64,000 nt of DNA from a virus, in the IMG/VR virus record IMGVR_UViG_3300027741_000030, positions 1 to 64,000 of that record; one strand, written 5' to 3'. Under the pieces are notes generated by a model, which saw only the letters and a program-made list of their open reading frames with translations, had not been told where the DNA came from and made no database searches. Below, piece by piece: positions 9,305-19,732 of this stretch. The translations under genes were made by a program, and so were the position numbers. Within the stretch, counting starts at the first letter, position 1. Each line of letters opens with the position of its first letter.

Positions 9305-10069
9305 ATGAAGTTCCATTGGTTACAAAGGTATAGCAAGTCTCCATACGAATTAAAAAATACTTTAATTAAAATAAATGAAATTGGATATGAATCTATACTT
9401 GTAACATTTAATACTGGAATGCTTGATCCTTTTACAAAATGTGCAAATGCTTTTATTCCAAATCAAAAAATTAAATTTATGGTTGCAATAAGACCATATG
9501 CTTTAACTCCAGCATACCTTTTGATGATATTAAAAACATTTGAAAAAATATCTAAGGACTGTATCGTATTGAATATAGTTCCTGGAACCGCAGATAAAGA
9601 ACAGTTTATTTTTGAAGAAGGTACATCATTGCATGAAAGAAAAGTATACGCTGGTAAATTTGTGGAAAAAATGAAAATTATAAATGATAAGCACAAATTT
9701 TTAAGTAATGACATGCCTAAAATATTTTTTAGCGGTGGTTCTGATGAAAATATAAGCAATGCAGTTAAATATGGTGATGGTCTTATTTATTTATTAAAAG
9801 ATCATTTGACAACTCCAGAAAGATTCAATACACTAAAAGGCACTCATATGCTAAATGTATTTATAATAATATGTGAAACTGAAAGTCAAGCAAAAGATAT
9901 ATATAGTAAATTAGATGGTCCACAAGTTGGAAGTTCAATTTATGGAACAAAAGAGCAGGTTAAAGAAAAGCTTCTTAAATTAAAAGATTTTGAGGTTTTG
10001 ATTTCATCATCAAAAATTTATGATTGCGATAACGATATTCATGACTTAGTAAAGGAAATCAATAAATGA
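9305..10069 (+). CDS. luciferase-like (LLM class) monooxygenase, paralog of 7244..8047
   Basis: MKFHW, GYESIL, KFMVAIRP, LNIVPG, SGGS. Confidence 0.75.
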   Translation: MKFHWLQRYSKSPYELKNTLIKINEIGYESILVTFNTGMLDPFTKCANAFIPNQKIKFMVAIRPYALTPAYLLMILKTFEKISKDCIVLNIVPGTADKEQFIFEEGTSLHERKVYAGKFVEKMKIINDKHKFLSNDMPKIFFSGGSDENISNAVKYGDGLIYLLKDHLTTPERFNTLKGTHMLNVFIIICETESQAKDIYSKLDGPQVGSSIYGTKEQVKEKLLKLKDFEVLISSSKIYDCDNDIHDLVKEINK

Positions 10070-10827
10070 TTATTCAAATAATTGGACTTCCAGGTTCAGG
10101 CAAAACAGAACTTGCAAAAGCGCTTAAAGAAAGAATTAATGCTATTCATCTTAATGCAGATGAAGTTAGAGCAACAGTCAATTCTGATTTAGGTTTTACC
10201 CCTGAAGATAGAATTGAACAGGCTCGCCGTATGGGTGAGATGGCAAGACTAATTTCCAAACAAGGAATTGCTCCAGTGATTGTAGATTTTGTTTGCCCAA
10301 TAGAGCTAACTCGTGCAGCATTTGGTAAACCAGACATTTTGGTATTCATGGATACAATTGCAGAAGGTCGTTTTGAAGATACTAATAAGATGTTTGAGCG
10401 CCCAACAGATTTTGATGTATCATTTATCAGCCACAATTTAAATGCAGAACAAAAAGCATCTCATATTATTGAAAAGTTTGGAATACACGACTGGTCTGCA
10501 CCCACAACACTTATGCTTGGTAGATATCAGCCATGGCATGAGGGCCACCATGCTCTTTACAAAGAGGCTGGTAAAAGAACAAATCAAGTACTTCTTGGAG
10601 TTCGTAATACATACAATACAAGCGAAAAGGATCCACTTAAATTTGATCAGGTAAAAGAATATATTGCTAAAGATGAATTTATGGATGGAGCACTGGTATT
10701 GAGACTTCCTAACATTACTAACATAGTATATGGTCGTGATGTAGGATACAAAATTGAGCAAGTAGATTTGGGGGCAGATATTCATGCTATTAGCGCTACG
10801 CAAAAACGTAAAGAGATGGGTCTCTAA
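10066..10827 (+). CDS. adenylyl-sulfate (APS) kinase-like domain fused to HxGH nucleotidyltransferase domain
   Basis: GLPGSGKT P-loop, LNADEVR, DLGF..EDR; C-terminal GRYQPWHEGH. Confidence 0.85.
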   Translation: MIIQIIGLPGSGKTELAKALKERINAIHLNADEVRATVNSDLGFTPEDRIEQARRMGEMARLISKQGIAPVIVDFVCPIELTRAAFGKPDILVFMDTIAEGRFEDTNKMFERPTDFDVSFISHNLNAEQKASHIIEKFGIHDWSAPTTLMLGRYQPWHEGHHALYKEAGKRTNQVLLGVRNTYNTSEKDPLKFDQVKEYIAKDEFMDGALVLRLPNITNIVYGRDVGYKIEQVDLGADIHAISATQKRKEMGL

Positions 10828-10869
10828 AATAAAAGAAGTTTTGTCATGGCTGGCTTTAGGAGCAGGGCA

Positions 10870-11073
10870 ATGAATGTAACTAAACAAAGATCAGCACTAA
10901 AGGCAATCACTTGGCGCATAATTGGAACTGCAGATACTTTTGTGTTGTCATATTTTATAACACACAAAGCAATCACTGCAGCATCAATTGCGGGTTTTGA
11001 AGTGCTAACAAAAACTATTCTTTATTATTTTCACGAACGTGGCTGGAACAAAGTTCAGTGGGGAAGAAAATAA
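10870..11073 (+). CDS. DUF2061-like small membrane protein
   Basis: RSALKAITWR...YYFHERGW..VQWG. Confidence 0.85.
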   Translation: MNVTKQRSALKAITWRIIGTADTFVLSYFITHKAITAASIAGFEVLTKTILYYFHERGWNKVQWGRK

Positions 11074-11158
11074 TGTGCAAATCTTGTGGAAACTGCTCTA
11101 GAGAACATGAATCTAATATTGATGATGCAATTGATGTAGTTTTGGACTCACCAGTATT

Positions 11159-11380
11159 ATGAAAAAAAGAAAGCTATTAAACAATGTTTACTCATTTCTT
11201 CCCAAGATGTATCAAGGATCTGAAATAAAAGAGTTAGACAAGGCTGTTGATTTAATTATACATACAAAAGCCCCAGAAAAGTGGCTCCTTATAGATTTAG
11301 AAACAGGTCAAGAATATGTTGGGTTGTCGGAACCAGATCAATACGGAATGTGGAAAAGAATTAAAGAAAAAGACTCTTAA
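11159..11380 (+). CDS. hypothetical phage protein
   Basis: ORF track; TKAPEKWLLIDLETGQEY. Confidence 0.6.
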   Translation: MKKRKLLNNVYSFLPKMYQGSEIKELDKAVDLIIHTKAPEKWLLIDLETGQEYVGLSEPDQYGMWKRIKEKDS

Positions 11381-12057
11381 GGTTTCCAAAATAGAGTTTT
11401 TGCTTTTTCATATAGATCTATATCTATAGAGTTATGCTTTTTTATTAAACTTAACTCATCTTCATTTAAAGATTCATATATTTCTTTTACCCCAAAAGAC
11501 TTAAAATCATCGGTATCTAAAATGTTTTTTTCAAGAACCACTTCAGGAACATTAAACTCTAATGATATTTTTTTATTTATTTTATCAATTGTATATATAT
11601 TAACATCTTCAGAGTCTATTAAAAGATTGACCCTGCTTAACCTTTTAAATATTAAATTTTTGTCAAAATTAATATTTACAGAAGGATCAACTTTATTGTC
11701 CTCCCAATTTAAAAAATTTCTAGCAGATAGATTATTTATTAAATTAATGTTAGATAAAAGATCTTCTTTATTTTTTACATTTGAAAAAGCAACATTATAG
11801 CTTATAAATTGCAAAACTGGATCTCTTAATATGCACATTACATATGTTGATTCTTTTATTTCTGAAGCCCAGCCCCAGTGTGTCCATCCCTTTGTATCAG
11901 TTTTTGGACGTATAAATTCTTTGTTGTTTTTGTTTATTTGATCTATTAAAGATTTTAAAAGATACCTATGAAAAAATCTTCCAGCGCATCTATTTACATG
12001 CAAAAAATAAAATGAATCCATAAAATTAATTATATCATTGTAATCAAGTATTGACAA
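11377..12057 (-). CDS. sulfotransferase-family protein
   Basis: FLHVNRCAG (5'-PSB-like), ILRDPV..FIS (3'-PB-like), N..D..LY C-terminal motif. Confidence 0.65.
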   Translation of the reverse strand: MSILDYNDIINFMDSFYFLHVNRCAGRFFHRYLLKSLIDQINKNNKEFIRPKTDTKGWTHWGWASEIKESTYVMCILRDPVLQFISYNVAFSNVKNKEDLLSNINLINNLSARNFLNWEDNKVDPSVNINFDKNLIFKRLSRVNLLIDSEDVNIYTIDKINKKISLEFNVPEVVLEKNILDTDDFKSFGVKEIYESLNEDELSLIKKHNSIDIDLYEKAKTLFWKP

Positions 12058-12224
12058 TAAGACACTAATATAGTATATTTATCATATGCTTAAAATGTTA
12101 TTTAAAACAATAAAATGTAAAGCTGTTGGACATACGCTTGTAAATGCTGGAAGCTGTCCATTTACGGGTCTTTCTTACAATTATTGTGAAAGATGTGAAT
12201 TAATGTTGCCAAAGGAAGGTCAAT

Positions 12225-12806
12225 ATGTCGAATGAATTGATTAAAAGAGAAAATGGAATTTGGCAGTGGAATTCTGCATTTAATAATCCATCCGAGCTTA
12301 TTTCTGATATCTTGTTAAAAGATTGGAGACCATACAATAACGACGGTGGTGGAAGCACATTAATAGGTAGATCAACTATTGTGTATGAAAATGAAAAAGC
12401 ATATAATCAAATATTAGATGTATACTCAAAATGTTTGCAAGAATATATTAATCAAAATAATTTAAACATAACAACAGATAACCTAGGAACTGGATGGTGG
12501 CTAGTAAGAGACTACGCTGCTGGATCAGTAATGACGGCTCATGAAGATGCCTACAGCTATGTTAAAGATGGAGAGGATGAAGTCAAACCCATTTTTACTA
12601 TTCTTTTGTACATAAATGACGATTACCAAGGTGGAGAAATACATTTCCCAAATGAAAATGTAACAATAAAACCAGAAGCTGGCTCAGTTGTAATTTTCCC
12701 AAGCAATTTATCTCATGAAGTAAAAACAGTTATTTCAGGAAATAGATACATGACTCAAACCTATATATATGAGAAACCTTTTTCTCATTATCAACAAAAA
12801 TTTTAG
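12225..12806 (+). CDS. 2OG-Fe(II) oxygenase (prolyl-4-hydroxylase-like)
   Basis: HED, YINDDYQGGE, HEV, R. Confidence 0.85.
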   Translation: MSNELIKRENGIWQWNSAFNNPSELISDILLKDWRPYNNDGGGSTLIGRSTIVYENEKAYNQILDVYSKCLQEYINQNNLNITTDNLGTGWWLVRDYAAGSVMTAHEDAYSYVKDGEDEVKPIFTILLYINDDYQGGEIHFPNENVTIKPEAGSVVIFPSNLSHEVKTVISGNRYMTQTYIYEKPFSHYQQKF

Positions 12807-12814
12807 GACTATAA

Positions 12815-13081
12815 ATGATTTATAATATTGTAGAAAAATATCTAATGCGCCCTAAACGCCTTAGAGAGGCAATTCAGGCAGTTGTAAGAGATAATGATGA
12901 ATTGCTACGTATGATCAAAGAAGCGGAAAATGAAGAGCCAACTAATCTAACATGGTCGGAAGGCGATAAATGGTATGGGTGGACATACAATAGTAACGCC
13001 AAGCGTTATTACTTTGATGATATTGGTAATGAGTCATTGATGGGACTATGGGAAGATCAATGGAAAAGAGAAGAAGCATAG
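12815..13081 (+). CDS. hypothetical protein
   Basis: ORF track. Confidence 0.55.
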   Translation: MIYNIVEKYLMRPKRLREAIQAVVRDNDELLRMIKEAENEEPTNLTWSEGDKWYGWTYNSNAKRYYFDDIGNESLMGLWEDQWKREEA

Positions 13082-13288
13082 AGAACGGCAGCAGTTAATT
13101 CCTATATAGTATAATAGGGTTATATGGGTAATCCTAGGTACATGAACGAGTCCTGGTTAAGGGATCAATACGTTGTACAAGAGTTAGAAATTGTCGATAT
13201 AGCTTTAGCTTGCAAAGTAGATAAGTCAGTCATAATAAGATGGCTAGACGAGTACAGAATATACAGAAATTGGAAAAGGTTGGGATAA

Positions 13289-13795
13289 ATGTCAATATAT
13301 GATTTAAGTTTTAGAGATTTAGATGGAAGTTTAAAAAATCTTTCAATTTTTAAAAATAAAGTTTTGCTTCTCGTCAACATTGCAACGGAATGTGGATTTG
13401 CTTCTCAGCTAAAAGATTTGCAAGAATTACACGAAAAGTATTTAGATAAAGGACTAGTTGTTATTGCTTTTCCTTCAAACGAATTTGGTGGACAGCAACC
13501 TGGAAGTGATCCAGAAATAGTAGAAACATGTCAAAGTAAATATGGAGTCACATTTAAAATTCTTCCCAAAATAGGAATATCTTTATCAAAAGATTACAAT
13601 CCAGATCCATTATATAAATATTTACAAGAAACTACTCAATTTGAAGTCCCATGGAATTTTACCAAATTTATTGTAGGTCCAGATGAATCTATTGAATTTA
13701 GATTGCCAGATGTTCCAGTTTCAGATTTAATAGAAGTAATAGAAAACAATATTAAAAAAATAAATTTAGAAGAGGATAAAAATAAAAATGTTTGA
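13289..13795 (+). CDS. glutathione peroxidase-family protein (Cys type)
   Basis: VNIATECG, AFPSNEFG.Q.PG, WNFTKF. Confidence 0.92.
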   Translation: MSIYDLSFRDLDGSLKNLSIFKNKVLLLVNIATECGFASQLKDLQELHEKYLDKGLVVIAFPSNEFGGQQPGSDPEIVETCQSKYGVTFKILPKIGISLSKDYNPDPLYKYLQETTQFEVPWNFTKFIVGPDESIEFRLPDVPVSDLIEVIENNIKKINLEEDKNKNV

Positions 13796-14384
13796 TAAAA
13801 TAGAAAAAATAGCAGATCTAGGTGTATATATTGAAGATTGTGCAACAGAAGAAAAGCTTAAAGAATTAATTGAGGATGCAAAATCTTTTGAAAAACAAGA
13901 GCTAAGATTTGGTACAAGATATACTGTTCATAGCTTTAGATCGTCTCATGCAAACTGTTTTAAAGATACTCGTGAAATTATGACAGAAGGCATCACAAAG
14001 TACTTAGAAATGACTGGAAGAAGCATTGATGATTACAAGCCAGCAAACGATTATTATGCATACGTAGCCTGGAATGAAAAATCAGTTGGAACACATAGAC
14101 AAAGCATAGACTATGAAGGTAATCTTCTTGTTTTGCCAGACATATGTGCTTTCTTTTATTTAACTGATGGATATGAAGGGGGAGAAACAACTTTTATTGA
14201 TGCAAACGTATCTGTATCTCCTAAAGCTGGAAGTATGCTTATATATGAAGCAGACTCTTTAATATCAATAAGTAGCGCTACCCCTGCTGGAGTAAAAATA
14301 GAAGTTGGAATGCCAATGTATTTGGCTAGTAAAAATTTAGATGGAGTAGATCCTACTCCCAAAGAGGTCCAGCATCAAATATAA
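13788..14384 (+). CDS. degenerate 2OG-Fe(II) oxygenase-like protein
   Basis: YLTDGYEGGET and PKAGS retained; HxD is HRQ and the distal His is absent. Confidence 0.6.
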   Translation: MFDKIEKIADLGVYIEDCATEEKLKELIEDAKSFEKQELRFGTRYTVHSFRSSHANCFKDTREIMTEGITKYLEMTGRSIDDYKPANDYYAYVAWNEKSVGTHRQSIDYEGNLLVLPDICAFFYLTDGYEGGETTFIDANVSVSPKAGSMLIYEADSLISISSATPAGVKIEVGMPMYLASKNLDGVDPTPKEVQHQI

Positions 14385-14913
14385 CAGAATATTTTTCTGA
14401 CAAATTTTGAGTTCTATGCCATGTTCCTTTTCTAAGCCAGAGTAAATCTCCAGGCTCTAAAGTAATAGTTTGTGGCTCTTTTGTCCAAGCAGTTTGCCAA
14501 TCCCAACCTTTTCTTTCTTGATATTCAAATTGTTTAGGCAATCCATTCATTTCAGCATAAAGTCCTATTTGCCATTCTGTTACGCCTTTGCAGTGCCAAT
14601 GAAGTATGTCGTATGGGTCTTTATGCAAAGGCTCTCCAGGCCAATTAATGTCTAAATTTCTGTATCTTTTACCTTCAAATATATAGTATTGATATTCAAT
14701 TTCTGGGTATGCTTTTTTAGATTCGTTTAAAAAATATTGCATTTCTTCTTTTAGAGGAACATCTTTTATAAATTTACGAACTCCATTGCTTTTAGGATCA
14801 ATTATTTCTTCAAAATCTTCCCAAGATGGGACGGGATGATGCCAATTTTTTAGAACAGCATAATGAAGATTTTCTTTTTTTGCATTTTCTACAAACTCTT
14901 TAATTGTTATCAT
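14353..14913 (-). CDS. JmjC/cupin oxygenase
   Basis: LHKD...G...W, LEPGD, WHRT. Confidence 0.75.
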   Translation of the reverse strand: MITIKEFVENAKKENLHYAVLKNWHHPVPSWEDFEEIIDPKSNGVRKFIKDVPLKEEMQYFLNESKKAYPEIEYQYYIFEGKRYRNLDINWPGEPLHKDPYDILHWHCKGVTEWQIGLYAEMNGLPKQFEYQERKGWDWQTAWTKEPQTITLEPGDLLWLRKGTWHRTQNLSEKYSVIFDAGPLWE

Positions 14914-15516
14914 TTAGAGAAGCATATCCTTTCTTAATACAGATTTTTCATTTCCAGATAGCATAACCAATGAGTATTTATCGCATAAATTTTCTGTTGT
15001 GTGCCATGCATATTTTGAAAACCATATAACATCTCCAGGCTCTAACACAAATGTATCTGGCTCTTCAGTAAATTCTGCTTGCCAATTCCACTCACCGTCA
15101 TAGGACGGGCCATCCTCTGGCCTAGTAATTTTTGCTGGATTATTTTTTGATTCAGCGTTTAATCCAATGTTCCATTTTGTAACACCAGTTAGTTGCCAAT
15201 GAATTACATCAAAATTATCTCTGTGTAGCCTTGCTCCAGGGCGCCTTTTAAAATAATTTTTATACTCCATACTTGCAAGAACGTAGAAATGATTATCTGA
15301 TTCAGGGTAAGCTGCAGAAGCTTGATCTAAAAAATAATTTATTTTATCAGGAATAGATTTATCTTTAATGTAAAGTCTTTGTGTTGGATCATCTTCTGGG
15401 CCATACAAAGCTTTCATTTCTTTTCTTGTAGGGGTAGGTTGATGCCAATTCTTAAATACGGCATAGTGTTTTCCTTCAGATTTAGCTTCTTGAATTAGAT
15501 CAGATAAGGTATTCAT
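14914..15516 (-). CDS. JmjC/cupin oxygenase (tandem paralog)
   Basis: LHRD...GVTKW, LEPGD, WHTT. Confidence 0.75.
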   Translation of the reverse strand: MNTLSDLIQEAKSEGKHYAVFKNWHQPTPTRKEMKALYGPEDDPTQRLYIKDKSIPDKINYFLDQASAAYPESDNHFYVLASMEYKNYFKRRPGARLHRDNFDVIHWQLTGVTKWNIGLNAESKNNPAKITRPEDGPSYDGEWNWQAEFTEEPDTFVLEPGDVIWFSKYAWHTTENLCDKYSLVMLSGNEKSVLRKDMLL

Positions 15517-15824
15517 ATATCTATATTATACTATATAGTACATATTGCTTGCAATTAGTGAACGAAAAAGTGAAAAATTTCGGCGGTAGAGCTATCTTTT
15601 TTCCACTACGTGGAGTATAATTGAGATATGACTGTAAATGCATATTGTGTTGTTTGTAAATCAAATGTGGTCGGCAGGCTGACAGAAATGATAGCTTTAG
15701 AATCAGGCAAATGGCTTTACAAAGGTCAATGCCCTAATTGTTTATATGAGATTAAAAGAATAGTCAAGCAGTAATGATATCTAAATGCTATAATATAAGT
15801 ATCGCACAGAAAATGGGAATTTAA

Positions 15825-16334
15825 ATGCAACCAACAGTAATAGATAATTTTATTTCAGAAGAATCGGCTAAAAAAATTGAGCTGTTCTTAAGACCAAAGG
15901 CTGAGATTAATCCAAAAGGTTTATTTAGCAAACAACTTTATCCTTTTGAGATGAGCCATGAAACTTATATTGAAATTAAATCAATTATTGAAAATATTGA
16001 AAAGCAGTTTGGATTTCCAGAAGATCAAATATCAATTAACAGAGTTTTGTATCAAGTATTACGTGAAGGTGAATTTCTTGGCTATCATGCAGATGCATAC
16101 GGCGGAGTAGAAGGTTATGGGCTTATAGGATATTCTGCATTGCTATATTTAAATAATGATTATGATGGGGGAGAAATTCTTTTCTATGATAAAGAGGGTG
16201 GCCCAACTGAGTATAAGCCAAACCCAGGTACATTAATTTATTTTAAAGGTGATGAAAACTATCCTCATTCAGTTAATAAAGTTATAAAAGGAGAAAGGGC
16301 AAATATTATCCTTTTCTTTGATGTAAAGGGATAG
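15825..16334 (+). CDS. 2OG-Fe(II) oxygenase
   Basis: HAD, YLNNDYDGGE, HSV, R. Confidence 0.85.
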   Translation: MQPTVIDNFISEESAKKIELFLRPKAEINPKGLFSKQLYPFEMSHETYIEIKSIIENIEKQFGFPEDQISINRVLYQVLREGEFLGYHADAYGGVEGYGLIGYSALLYLNNDYDGGEILFYDKEGGPTEYKPNPGTLIYFKGDENYPHSVNKVIKGERANIILFFDVKG

Positions 16335-16348
16335 GGTATAATAGGTTT

Positions 16349-16585
16349 ATGGATAATATTGAATTGAACGACGAAGAGATCTCAAAAAATTACATCTCAG
16401 ATGATGAGCATGTAGATAAATGGAATAATATAGAAAAAGCTTGCTGGGCTGGATATAAGCAGGTTGGCATGAAAAATAAGGGCGGAAAAAAAGTTCCTAA
16501 TTGTGTTCCAATTAATAAAGCAACAGGATTACCAGAAGAACCAACAACTTCTTGGAATGGCGTATTTAAACCAAAGGTAAACTAA
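16349..16585 (+). CDS. phage protein with CWxGY...VPNCVP motif
   Basis: KACWAGYKQVGMKNKGGKKVPNCVP. Confidence 0.65.
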   Translation: MDNIELNDEEISKNYISDDEHVDKWNNIEKACWAGYKQVGMKNKGGKKVPNCVPINKATGLPEEPTTSWNGVFKPKVN

Positions 16586-16852
16586 TGACAAAGAAAAAGA
16601 TAAAGCTTCCCCTTAAAATATGGAAGAACCCAATTAGATACATCAAGTTTCATAGAGCATTAAATAAGATCAAGAAAACAATTTAATGGGCATATTAGAT
16701 AACCTAGAATCGCATTGGGAAAAAGCAGACAAAGTAGAGTCATGCTATTTCTGTCAAAACATGGCTAAGTATAACGATGTAGCTCAAATTGAACAATCAT
16801 ATCAAATAATAGGCGTATGTGAACGTCATTCATTTAAAGGATTATCATCATA

Positions 16853-17467
16853 ATGAATATACATACTAAAATAGGCAATAAAGGTTTATATGTAACAGAT
16901 TGCATAGATCAAGAGCATCTAGAGGCATTCTTTGAAATTGATGGCAAACAACATGAAAATGATATGAGAAACTACCTGGGTTACAGATTTGAATCACATA
17001 TAGGAAACAAATTTGAATCACAGATTAATAAAGATTTATTTAAATATCTAACTGAAGCATTTCGTAGTGTAATTTTTGAATACATTAATCAATCTAATAA
17101 AAATGTATCTGATTATCTATTCCCAGATCATTTTAAGACAGCACACTGGAAGCTGGACAAGCCATTAGGCCCTCATAAAGATTCAATTGAGTATGGGGCT
17201 GCATTGGAAAGTATTGGCCCAAGACCAATTATAAGCTCACTTGCTTATCTAACCGATAATTATGAAGGCGGAGAAATATATTTTCCAGATTTTGATATTT
17301 CTTTAAGACCAAGTCCTGGCTCTATAATTGTATTTGACTCTGATACTACTCATGGGGTAAATGGAGTAATAAGCGGTACAAGAAAAACAATGTCTTACAA
17401 CCTACATAGTATAAACTCTCCTCATATAGAAGATCTTAAAAAGGTTGGATATCACACAATATCCTAG
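16853..17467 (+). CDS. 2OG-Fe(II) oxygenase
   Basis: HKD, YLTDNYEGGE, HGV, R. Confidence 0.85.
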   Translation: MNIHTKIGNKGLYVTDCIDQEHLEAFFEIDGKQHENDMRNYLGYRFESHIGNKFESQINKDLFKYLTEAFRSVIFEYINQSNKNVSDYLFPDHFKTAHWKLDKPLGPHKDSIEYGAALESIGPRPIISSLAYLTDNYEGGEIYFPDFDISLRPSPGSIIVFDSDTTHGVNGVISGTRKTMSYNLHSINSPHIEDLKKVGYHTIS

Positions 17468-17567
17468 TCAACTAATATTATATAGAACTATATTGATCGC
17501 AATTAGTGAAAGCGGCGGCGGTAGAGACCATATTGACAGTACCTGTCATATATACTATAATGTAAGT

Positions 17568-17753
17568 ATGCATGATCATTTATTTCAATTGGACTTGGAC
17601 GGGCAGGTAACCTGCTCTAATTGTCATTGCATGGACGATGAACGGGACAATTCAGGTTCCTATAATGGTAGTAGAGCGGTTTCCGAAACCGATAATGAAG
17701 GTCCGATTCCCTCACCTGAAGCCATGTTCGAGACACAGATAGATTTTGAATAA
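17568..17753 (+). CDS. hypothetical protein (leaderless start at 17568)
   Basis: TATAAT-N6-ATG; in frame with ORF 17445..17753. Confidence 0.5.
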   Translation: MHDHLFQLDLDGQVTCSNCHCMDDERDNSGSYNGSRAVSETDNEGPIPSPEAMFETQIDFE

Positions 17754-18013
17754 TGGCTAAAAAGAAGAAATATAAAGGTATGTCTAGGGCATCAATTGCT
17801 GCTGAAAAACAGAAAAGCTTATCTGATATTGAAAAAACTAGACGTAAGCTTGATGCAATTAAAGGGCGGGAACTGACAAGTATCAGACTTTCAGCCAATG
17901 ATATGATAGAACTTAATAAGGCAATACAAGACCTAGATAAGAATAAAGCTTTGATTGAAGATACATATAAGGGAACCCCTGGACAAAAGGTTTCAACTTG
18001 GACAAGGAAATGA
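17753..18013 (+). CDS. basic hypothetical protein
   Basis: ORF track; TAATG coupling. Confidence 0.6.
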   Translation: MAKKKKYKGMSRASIAAEKQKSLSDIEKTRRKLDAIKGRELTSIRLSANDMIELNKAIQDLDKNKALIEDTYKGTPGQKVSTWTRK

Positions 18014-18077
18014 TACAATAAAGCTATGACTGAAGTAAAAGTCCCAGGATATAAGCAAAATCCACCAGATTGGTGCG

Positions 18078-18341
18078 ATGACTGTAATGCTGCTCCAGGT
18101 GGAGAGTGTCCAGATTGTGGATGCACTCATAATTGTTGAAAGACGGGAACTGATGATAGAACTACTACTAATAGCCATAACATGGTATATAACCAAGGTA
18201 TATTATACAAGATCCTTAGAGATAAATAGACCAGAAGATGACTCTGATCTAATTAAGGCTACATGCTATAAATGTGCTCGATCAGAGTATATTCATACAG
18301 ATAACCTACGTGTTCCATACTACTGCATGAGTTGTAAGTAA
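18078..18341 (+). CDS. membrane-anchored zinc-ribbon protein (true start probably internal)
   Basis: CYKC...CMSC, hydrophobic segment. Confidence 0.5.
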   Translation: MTVMLLQVESVQIVDALIIVERRELMIELLLIAITWYITKVYYTRSLEINRPEDDSDLIKATCYKCARSEYIHTDNLRVPYYCMSCK

Positions 18342-18571
18342 TGTATTGGTCGTATATCTTAGCAGTCATTGGAGTCACAGGGACATTCTTTGTAGGACGC
18401 AAGGTTATATGGGCATGGCTTGTATTACTGGTAAATGAGTGTCTATGGATGATATACGCTATTACTACTAAGCAGTACGGATTTATCCTTGCAGCAATAG
18501 CCTATGGCGCAGTTTATATTAGATCTTACGTTCATTGGTCTAAAGAGCCTGTAAATGAGATTCACTTATGA
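18341..18571 (+). CDS. PnuC-like small membrane protein
   Basis: Three short TM helices, W-rich, QYGF motif. Confidence 0.6.
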   Translation: MYWSYILAVIGVTGTFFVGRKVIWAWLVLLVNECLWMIYAITTKQYGFILAAIAYGAVYIRSYVHWSKEPVNEIHL

Positions 18572-18781
18572 AGAAAATGATGATAGCTGATTTGATCAAA
18601 GCATCTGAAATGCCAGAACCTGGTGATTCAGAGGATGCAGGGATAGAGAATGATCTCAATACAGCAGGATATTCTACAGGCAAATGGTCAGATGACGATG
18701 ATATGCATCCTACAATAACTCCTCTATTTGGACCAAATAGGTAGCTAACTCCTATATCCCCCTCCCAATTATCTCCTCTTA

Positions 18782-19218
18782 TATAGCCCTTAGAAGGCTT
18801 ATATAGTGGAGTAAAGTGGAGCATAGTGGAGAATTTATACTCTAGATTCATATCAATATACTATAGTTATATCTATCTAAACATATCTATGTAATTGAGC
18901 ATACCCCATCATAAACGTAATGTCAATAGGACAATTCGGACATATATAGCAGCATATTGATCCATATTTGTCAATAAATTTTATGAGGAATTTTGATCTA
19001 TTTTGCCATATTCTCTACAGATTTGTCGACATTCTATAATGATTATATATTTAATTAGACATATTTTGTAGCATTTTCAGGGATTTTTGTCAAGCTTTCG
19101 TAAATAGAAAATTTGGCCCTAGCTTTCAGGGATTTTGATTAATTGGTCGTAAATAGAAAAATTTGCCCTCATGCTCACACACAAAAAATCCACAGGATGT
19201 GGATAACCCTGTGGATAA
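18782..19218. other. non-coding junction: 10-bp-period AGTGGAG repeats, AT-rich tract, tandem spaced motifs and DnaA boxes (candidate origin or genome-end/injection signal)
   Basis: ATAGTGGAGT-AAAGTGGAGC-ATAGTGGAGA; TGTGGATAA at 19198 and 19210; convergent strand switch. Confidence 0.5.
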
Positions 19219-19273
19219 TTTGGGCTAGATATGTTTATCTATCTAACCAGGCATTCATCTATTCATATATGCC

Positions 19274-19648
19274 TTAATTGAATGGATCTAGTTCTTCACT
19301 CCGCCATCCAAACTTATATGTGGCTTTTGGTTCTTCCCGCTTTTTAACTGTATAAGAACGAGAGGGTAACTTAAGATTATTTAAGTTGTTATCTTGCTGA
19401 TATGATTTAATACATTCATTTAATTCATTAGCAAGAGATAAACCTTCGGTTGATTCACCTCTATTTGAATATACATTATATAACTTTGCTTGCTCTGATA
19501 TAACTGACACAATCATTTCCATAACTCTGTCAATTGTATACAATGGCTGTTCCGCCAAATATCTACCAAAGACTGTCGGATTAAACCAATGGTCATCCAT
19601 TAGATTAACTAATGATTCTGCTACTTTGATTTCAGGTGACTTACTCAT
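19274..19648 (-). CDS. hypothetical phage protein
   Basis: GGAAGG RBS and TGGTATAAT upstream of MSKSPE start. Confidence 0.65.
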   Translation of the reverse strand: MSKSPEIKVAESLVNLMDDHWFNPTVFGRYLAEQPLYTIDRVMEMIVSVISEQAKLYNVYSNRGESTEGLSLANELNECIKSYQQDNNLNNLKLPSRSYTVKKREEPKATYKFGWRSEELDPFN

Positions 19649-19732
19649 ATTCCGCCTTCCGCCTAACTGTCGATTATACCAAAAATAAGAGACGGGGTCA
19701 AGGACCAACGAGCCCCAACCCCGTCCCAAGTT

